Shown piece after piece: positions 55,915-64,000 of a DNA stretch of 64,000 nt. The translations under genes were made by a program, and so were the position numbers. The DNA is from Gallionella sp. (GTDB taxonomy: Bacteria > Pseudomonadota > Gammaproteobacteria > Burkholderiales > Gallionellaceae), in NCBI GenBank assembly GCA_013043965.1, contig JABEVF010000101.1, positions 895 to 64,894 of the forward strand, read 5' to 3'. Every line of letters starts with the position of its first letter. Position 1 is the first letter of the stretch. The notes under the pieces were generated by a model. The model had not been told where the DNA came from and searched no databases. It worked only from the letters and a program-made list of their open reading frames with translations.

Positions 55915-57529
55915 GGCCTTGAGCCTCTAAACCACGGGTGATATACCATTGCTGGCCTATCGATAATATATTATTAACAATTGAATACAAAACCAGGCCT
56001 GCGGGGAAAAAGAAAAACACGACGCTAAATATGACCGGCATGATTTTCATTAACTTTGCTTGCATCGGATCGGGAGGTGCGGGATTTAGTTTGCTTTGTA
56101 AAATCATGCTAGCGCCCATTATTACAGGTAGAATGTAATATGGGTCGGCGGCGGACAAATCATGTATCCAACCAAAAAAAGGCGCGTTACGCATTTCTAC
56201 GCTTTCAAGGATCGACCAGTAAAGAGCAATAAAAACCGGTATCTGTATCAATACGGGTAAACACCCCCCCAGTGGATTGATTTTTTCAGTTTTGTACAAC
56301 TCCATCATCGCCTGATTCAGCTTTTCCCTATCATCACCATATTGTTTCTTGATTTTTTCGAGCTTCGGTGCGACCACCCGCATTTTTGCCATCGAGCGAT
56401 AACTTGCTGCAGACAAGGGAAAGAATAATAACTTAATAAAAAACGTCAACAAAATAATGGCCACACCCCAATTTTGCACCCACCCATGCAACCAAGTCAT
56501 CAGCCAAAACATCGGCTTAGCAATAATAGTCAGCCAACCATAATCCACACTCAACCCTAATCCAGGCGCGATGTTGTCCAAGCTTGATATCGCAGGTCCA
56601 GCATACAACGAAACGGTTACACTACCGTTTCCCTTCGGGGTTGTCACTTGAATAGGTACAATCACCCCCACCGCGAACAAGCCATTATCTAACTTGCGCG
56701 TAAAATATTCTCGATCAGAATGTTCCTTTGGCAACCAGGCTGCAACAAAATAATGCTGCAAAATGCCAATCCACCCGTTGTCACTTTCTTTCGGGTACTT
56801 TGCCTTATCTTTTTCGATAGAGGAAAACTCGACCTTCTGAAGTTTTTCTTTTTCCGTAAAAACGGCTGCACCCGTATATGTAGGCACAAACCTTATTCCT
56901 CCGGCAGGCTCTTTACTGTCTCTTACAAGTTGAAAATAAGCAGAGGTAGCGACAGGTTCGGTAGTTCCGTTATCGACGTCGTACGACAGGTCAATTAAAT
57001 AGCTTCCTTTGTGAAAGGTAAACAATTTAGCAACCTTAATTCCCGCATGATTTACGGTGGTTAAACGAACTTCAATCTTTTCGGCGGCATCGGTAAACTC
57101 ATAACTATCATGTTCAGACACAAACAAACTATTGTGACTAGGCATATCGAAACCCAACAATCCACTCTGCGCCGTATAGTTGTGTGTATTAGCCCCTTTC
57201 TCAAACAACGAGAAGGGTTTGGATTTATCAAGCCCATCGGGTTGCTTTAAAAACGATAGTCGTTGTATATCACCACCGAGCGTATTAATCTCGACAAGCA
57301 TTGTATCTGTTTTAACGGTAATAATTTTTCCCTCAACAGTCGATACTGCCTGTTGTGAAATTTGGCCCGTCTCCGCTTCTTTTTTATTACCTAGCCTTTG
57401 AATAGGTGTATTTGATGGCGAAGTTTGCTGCACCACCTCTTGTGGAGCATGGAATTTTTGCCAACCGTCCCAAACCAATACTAAAGAAAATGAGAAAATT
57501 AGGAACAGGAACAATCTCTGAATATCCAT
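55898..57529 (-). CDS. yidC: membrane protein insertase YidC
   Basis: 543 aa with an N-terminal TM segment, a large periplasmic domain and the conserved C-terminal core (GWLTIIAKPMFWLM..., LPVLIQIPVFIALY). Confidence 0.96.
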   Translation of the reverse strand: MDIQRLFLFLIFSFSLVLVWDGWQKFHAPQEVVQQTSPSNTPIQRLGNKKEAETGQISQQAVSTVEGKIITVKTDTMLVEINTLGGDIQRLSFLKQPDGLDKSKPFSLFEKGANTHNYTAQSGLLGFDMPSHNSLFVSEHDSYEFTDAAEKIEVRLTTVNHAGIKVAKLFTFHKGSYLIDLSYDVDNGTTEPVATSAYFQLVRDSKEPAGGIRFVPTYTGAAVFTEKEKLQKVEFSSIEKDKAKYPKESDNGWIGILQHYFVAAWLPKEHSDREYFTRKLDNGLFAVGVIVPIQVTTPKGNGSVTVSLYAGPAISSLDNIAPGLGLSVDYGWLTIIAKPMFWLMTWLHGWVQNWGVAIILLTFFIKLLFFPLSAASYRSMAKMRVVAPKLEKIKKQYGDDREKLNQAMMELYKTEKINPLGGCLPVLIQIPVFIALYWSILESVEMRNAPFFGWIHDLSAADPYYILPVIMGASMILQSKLNPAPPDPMQAKLMKIMPVIFSVVFFFFPAGLVLYSIVNNILSIGQQWYITRGLEAQGLADKH

Positions 57530-57547
57530 GATGTATTTATTTATGAA

Positions 57548-57757
57548 TTATGGGATCGGATCATAACCACCTGAATTCCAGGGATTACAACGAGAAAGGC
57601 GTTTAATAGTTAACCACCCACCCTTAAATATACCGTGACGCGCTAAAGCCTCACAAGCATAGTTAGAACAGGTCGGTGTAAAACGACAAGTGGGTGGACT
57701 AAGAGGACTAATAAAAAATTGATAGCCGCGTATTAGCTTAATAAGGATTAAGCGCAT
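57548..57757 (-). CDS. yidD: membrane protein insertion efficiency factor YidD
   Basis: [32 protein letters not shown]...RL.RCNPW is the typical YidD sequence. Confidence 0.93.
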   Translation of the reverse strand: MRLILIKLIRGYQFFISPLSPPTCRFTPTCSNYACEALARHGIFKGGWLTIKRLSRCNPWNSGGYDPIP

Positions 57758-58125
57758 CGTACCTCTAATTGACTGAATAAACTTGCCAATTCAACACGCT
57801 GAATTGCTAAAGTTAATGCGCTAGCACGGCGAATTTGAACTACCAGATCCAACTTATTATCCTTAACAGGATGGGATCGGAATACTTCTCGTACGGTTCG
57901 CTTATTTTTATTCCGCTCAACCGCCTTATGCATACATCTCTTGCTGGCAATTATTCCTAATCTTGCGACTTTTTCATTATTAGCTACGAAGTACAATTTG
58001 TAGTATTGATTGCTTATACTTTTAGATTTAAGGCAACGAGCAAAACCTTCAGGACTCGGTATACGCTGTCCAGCACCAAATGCGTATTTTTTTTTACACC
58101 GCGAGTCTTGCACGGCCTTTAGCAC
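57748..58125 (-). CDS. rnpA: ribonuclease P protein component
   Basis: [30 protein letters not shown] is the RnpA RNR motif region. The only in-frame starts (GTG 58125, GTG 58113) lie inside rpmH, so the start is uncertain. Confidence 0.85.
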   Translation of the reverse strand: MLKAVQDSRCKKKYAFGAGQRIPSPEGFARCLKSKSISNQYYKLYFVANNEKVARLGIIASKRCMHKAVERNKNKRTVREVFRSHPVKDNKLDLVVQIRRASALTLAIQRVELASLFSQLEVRCA

Positions 58126-58228
58126 GACGAGCGCGTATTACAGCACGTCCACCGCGAGTTTTCATGCGCACCAAAAATCCGTGTGTGCGTTTTCTTTTAA
58201 TAACAGAGGGTTGGTATGTGCGTTTCAT
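58094..58228 (-). CDS. rpmH: 50S ribosomal protein L34
   Basis: Not in the ORF track (44 aa). The minus strand translates to [44 protein letters not shown] followed by a stop. Confidence 0.95.
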   Translation of the reverse strand: MKRTYQPSVIKRKRTHGFLVRMKTRGGRAVIRARRAKGRARLAV

Positions 58229-58307
58229 TTAATAATCCTAGTGAGTCGTAAAACGTAGCATTACAATACCTTACGTCCTTTATGTCAAGATAAATTTGCT
58301 TTTATAT

Positions 58308-58316
58308 TGTGGATAA
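58308..58316. promoter_or_regulatory. DnaA box (perfect TTATCCACA, reverse orientation)
   Basis: TGTGGATAA, 56 nt upstream of the dnaA ATG in the rpmH-dnaA spacer. Confidence 0.7.
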
Positions 58317-58371
58317 GTTTGGTTATGACCTGTAGAATGTTGTTAGTTATTTGCAATTACAATCGAAACTT

Positions 58372-59724
58372 ATGCAGGAAAATATTCTTTGGGATTCATG
58401 CTTGCTTTCATTTGAAAAAAGTCTATCTCCTCAACAATTCAAAGCGTGGATCAAACCTCTGCGGCTAGTCAAAGAGCGCGGAGCTTTAGTTCTGACAGCC
58501 CCAAACAGCTTTACTTTAAAATTAGTACAGGAGCGATTCTTTTCCGAGATAAATAGACAAGCTGGGTTGGTATATCCGTCAATTCCTAACTTTGAATTTC
58601 GTGTTCAAGAATCAGAGACTTTAAGTAAATCGAACCCTAAATCAGAACTAAAAACACAACTCAACCCAGAGGCCAAACCAAAGACGGAGGTTTCGTTTCG
58701 CGGTTATGGCAAACTAAACCCTAACCTAACCTTTGACAATTTTGTAATTGGAAAAGCAAATCAATTAGCATTTGCTGCTGCAACACAAGTAGCTGAGTTA
58801 TCAGGCTCTTCTTACAACCCACTATTCATTTATGGTGGTGTTGGTTTGGGGAAAACTCATTTGGCACAAGCGATTGGCAATCAAATTAAATCCAATAAAC
58901 CAGATGCAAAAATTTGCTATATGCATGCGGAACGCTATGTAAGTGATGTGGTTCGGGCATATCAAAGTAATAAATTCGAAGAATTCAAACAGTATTACCA
59001 TTCTCTAGATATTTTATTAATAGATGACATTCAATTTTTTGCGGGTAAAAACAAAACTCAGGAAGAGTTCTTTTATGCTTTCAACACATTAATTGACTCC
59101 CATAAGCAAGTTATTCTAACTAGTGATACATTCCCTAAAGAAATTTCTGGTTTAGAAACTCGTTTAGTGTCGCGCTTTGGTTGGGGTTTGACTATATGTA
59201 TAGAGCCACCAGAATTAGAAATGCGTGTAGCAATTTTACTTAAAAAAGCCTCTTTGAACGGGTACGAACTTGACGACACAGTCGCTTTTTTTATAGCAAA
59301 ACACGTAAACTCAAACATACGGGAATTAGAAGGTGCATTAAAAAGGGTTGAGGCCTTTGCAAAATTTCATAAACGCGCGATCACCGTTGAAACCTCCAAG
59401 GAAGCATTGAAAGATATTTTAGTAGCACAAATTCGTCAAGTTTCCATTGAAAATATTCAAAAAACGGTAGCAGAGTATTACCGTATAAAGATAACCGAAT
59501 TGCTTTCTAAAAAACGCACTCGAAATATTGCACGACCAAGGCAAATTGCAATGAGCCTAACTAGAGAATTAACATCTATGAGCCTACCAGAAATTGGCGC
59601 ATCATTCGGTGGTAGGGATCACTCAACAGTCATTCATGCCTGTAAAATGATGGCGAAATTAAGGGTAAGCGATACAACTCTTGGAACAGATTACAAAATA
59701 TTATTACAAACTTTAAGAGGATAA
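58372..59724 (+). CDS. dnaA: chromosomal replication initiator protein DnaA
   Basis: Starts at ATG 58372 ([30 protein letters not shown]). AAA+ Walker A is [10 protein letters not shown]. The domain IV carries the signature [11 protein letters not shown]. Confidence 0.97.
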   Translation: MQENILWDSCLLSFEKSLSPQQFKAWIKPLRLVKERGALVLTAPNSFTLKLVQERFFSEINRQAGLVYPSIPNFEFRVQESETLSKSNPKSELKTQLNPEAKPKTEVSFRGYGKLNPNLTFDNFVIGKANQLAFAAATQVAELSGSSYNPLFIYGGVGLGKTHLAQAIGNQIKSNKPDAKICYMHAERYVSDVVRAYQSNKFEEFKQYYHSLDILLIDDIQFFAGKNKTQEEFFYAFNTLIDSHKQVILTSDTFPKEISGLETRLVSRFGWGLTICIEPPELEMRVAILLKKASLNGYELDDTVAFFIAKHVNSNIRELEGALKRVEAFAKFHKRAITVETSKEALKDILVAQIRQVSIENIQKTVAEYYRIKITELLSKKRTRNIARPRQIAMSLTRELTSMSLPEIGASFGGRDHSTVIHACKMMAKLRVSDTTLGTDYKILLQTLRG

Positions 59725-59920
59725 AACTGTAGTCAAGTTGTTAATGAAATATGGGTAAGTACTATTTATTTGACTTGAAGGAATATTATAAACATTAACT
59801 AACATAGTTATACAGCGTTAGATATTACCAATAGCAGTATTTATTCTATTGAATATAAATAAAATTTAGAGTTACAAACAGAATACACAACACTTATTAG
59901 TTTTATTAGGTATATATATT

Positions 59921-61027
59921 ATGTTTATTAAAAAAACAGAAAAACAAACCGTACTAAAGCCTTTGCAAGTAGTGATTGGTATTGTTGAACGCAAACAAAC
60001 CTTACCTATACTCTCCAATGTACTGATAGAAAAAGAAGCTGGTAAGATTCGTTTTACAGCTACGGACTTAGAAATTCAAATTACAACAACGGTAATATCC
60101 CAAGACGATGATCTCGCTCCTTTATCAATTACTGTTGGCGGGAAAAAACTTCAAGAAATACTTCGCATCCTTCCAGACCAAAGTGAAATTTCAATCGAAA
60201 TCAAGGACAACAAGGCTCAGATTAAATCCAACAAAAGTCGATTTAGTTTACAAACATTACCCCCTCAAGATTTCCCAAAATTAAGTAATCAATTACTTAA
60301 CCCCAAAAAAATATTGTTAACCCAGAAAAAATTGAAAGCATTATTACTTTCAATTCAATATGCAATGGCACAGCAAGATGTTCGTTATTACTTAAATGGT
60401 GTTTTACTGATTATTGAAAGCAATCAATTAAAAGCGGTCGCGACAGATGGCCATAGACTTGCATACAATGCAATTGGAATAGAAGGAAATTACGAAAAAC
60501 ACGAAATTATTTTACCCCGCAAAGCAATTATTGAGTTATGTAAACTATTGAACGATAGCGAAGAAGCTGTAGAAATTGAATTTTCTACTCAACAAGTTAA
60601 AGCTGATTTTTCTGGGATAACATTAATTACAAAAGTTATAGATGGAAAATTCCCTGATTACGAAAGAGTAATTCCTAAATATACTAATCATTTATTAATG
60701 AACCGAATTCAAGTACAACAAGCTTTACAACGTGCAGCAATTCTTTCAAATGAAAAATTTCGCGGAGTTAGGTTTGTTTTAACCGAGAAGAAACTAACAA
60801 TTATCAGTAGTAACAGCGAACAAGAAGAGGCACAGGAAGAAATTGAAATAAACTATCATGGTGAAGCAATTGATATTGGTTTTAATGTTAATTATCTAAT
60901 GGATGGATTGAATAATATTGAGGGTGAATTGGCGACATTTTCTTTTGGGGATCCAAACAGTTCAATTCTGATCACCACAAGTCAAATTCAAGAATTTCGC
61001 TATGTTGTTATGCCGATGAGAATTTAA
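59921..61027 (+). CDS. dnaN: DNA polymerase III beta subunit (sliding clamp)
   Basis: 368 aa, LKPLQVVIGIVERKQTLPILSNVLIE...ATDGHRLA...MPMRI. Confidence 0.96.
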   Translation: MFIKKTEKQTVLKPLQVVIGIVERKQTLPILSNVLIEKEAGKIRFTATDLEIQITTTVISQDDDLAPLSITVGGKKLQEILRILPDQSEISIEIKDNKAQIKSNKSRFSLQTLPPQDFPKLSNQLLNPKKILLTQKKLKALLLSIQYAMAQQDVRYYLNGVLLIIESNQLKAVATDGHRLAYNAIGIEGNYEKHEIILPRKAIIELCKLLNDSEEAVEIEFSTQQVKADFSGITLITKVIDGKFPDYERVIPKYTNHLLMNRIQVQQALQRAAILSNEKFRGVRFVLTEKKLTIISSNSEQEEAQEEIEINYHGEAIDIGFNVNYLMDGLNNIEGELATFSFGDPNSSILITTSQIQEFRYVVMPMRI

Positions 61028-61063
61028 TTACTCCATAATTATTTACTAACGAAGCGAAACTGG

Positions 61064-63478
<2,415 letters not shown>

Positions 63479-63565
63479 ATTTTGTTATTGTAGGTTTTCA
63501 CAATTTTCAAGAGAGCTGGTATTAAAACCTTAAAAAGGGTTGTGCAAAAAGTGGGTATTTAAAAA

Positions 63566-63598
63566 TTGGCCACGACGAACTCGTGGCTAATTTTGTTT
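63566..63598 (+). terminator. intrinsic terminator downstream of gyrB
   Basis: ttggccacga / cgaac / tcgtggctaa stem-loop (core 63569..63575 with 63581..63587) followed by TTTTGTTT. Confidence 0.75.
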
Positions 63599-63761
63599 GA
63601 TTCGGTTAGAAATAATAGACACAAATCCAAAGTTGATAGATAAATCCTATTATGCCGATTCAAAAAACCTATTTGCTGAAAGCAGGTTTTCCTTGCACAC
63701 TGCCTACTCTTCCCGTCGATCCGGCACGGGCTGTCAGCTGGAATATTACACAGGAATTATT

Positions 63762-64000
63762 ATGTCGTCTAAACCGCATCAAGCCATTCATTATTTTTTC
63801 CCGTTAGTTATGCTAGGTGCCACATTGCCAGCCTATGCCAAAGAAAATTTATCAAGCTGGAAGTTGCCCGCGGTTCAAATCCCAAAGGACAATCTACAGT
63901 CAACATCCAAGATAGCCCTTGGTAAGCAACTTGTTTTCGACATGCGGCTGTCGAAAAATGAATCCATGAGTTGTGCAAGTTGTCATCTGCCTGCTGCTGG
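63762..64000 (+). CDS. di-haem cytochrome c peroxidase (CCP/MauG family), 5' partial at window edge
   Basis: Not in the ORF track because it runs off the window. The translation is MSSKPHQAIHYFFPLVMLGATLPAYA (signal) ..IPKDNLQSTSKIALGKQLVFDMRLSKNESMSCASCHLPAAG, which carries the family signature LGK.LFFD.RLS...SCASCH. Confidence 0.8.
   Translation, partial: MSSKPHQAIHYFFPLVMLGATLPAYAKENLSSWKLPAVQIPKDNLQSTSKIALGKQLVFDMRLSKNESMSCASCHLPAA

Overview
This is a chromosomal window with Betaproteobacteria-like gene content and synteny (an inference from DUF971-ubiE, Tim44-ubiJ-ubiB, aroQ-accBC-prmA-DUF3426, leuS-lptE-holA and cutA-dsbD). It runs into the replication-origin neighbourhood. From left to right it contains: a cupin gene; two decayed genes (DUF6157-like and DUF4145-like); DUF971-ubiE; a ParE-type toxin-antitoxin pair; yjdM; glmU-glmS; an OmpR-type two-component system; a zinc-ribbon membrane protein; a PF10136 membrane protein; ubiB-ubiJ-Tim44 on the opposite strand from ubiE; an RluA-type pseudouridine synthase; a tightly coupled five-gene envelope-glycosylation cluster (GT9, GtrA, GT39/ArnT-like, BNR propeller, membrane protein); an AT-rich lipoprotein gene with a YncE-like propeller and a PepSY protein; tpx; gcvTHP behind a tandem glycine riboswitch; DUF3426-prmA-accCB-aroQ; dsbD-cutA; holA-lptE-leuS; a FecR/SPOR protein; phosphoribulokinase; the full atpIBEFHAGC/D operon; parAB; rsmG-mnmG; mnmE-yidC-yidD-rnpA-rpmH; dnaA-dnaN-gyrB; and the 5' end of a cytochrome c peroxidase gene. 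I found no rRNA, tRNA, CRISPR array, transposase or integrase. The most notable non-coding observations are as follows. Two perfect parS 16-mers bracket dnaA. A 25-bp helix built from inverted tandem heptads sits at the glmU-glmS junction. An 18-bp inverted repeat spans the glmS stop codon. GC content falls stepwise from about 60 % at the left to about 30-37 % around dnaA/dnaN, which could reflect real compositional heterogeneity or a chimeric assembly. I did not recognise a clearly novel multi-gene system; the best candidates of unknown function are the glycosylation cluster at 17.1-22.5 kb and the lipoprotein/propeller/PepSY trio at 22.5-24.9 kb. All calls come from reading the translations and the sequence by eye. 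Start codons are approximate, and GC values are hand counts of single 60-nt lines.
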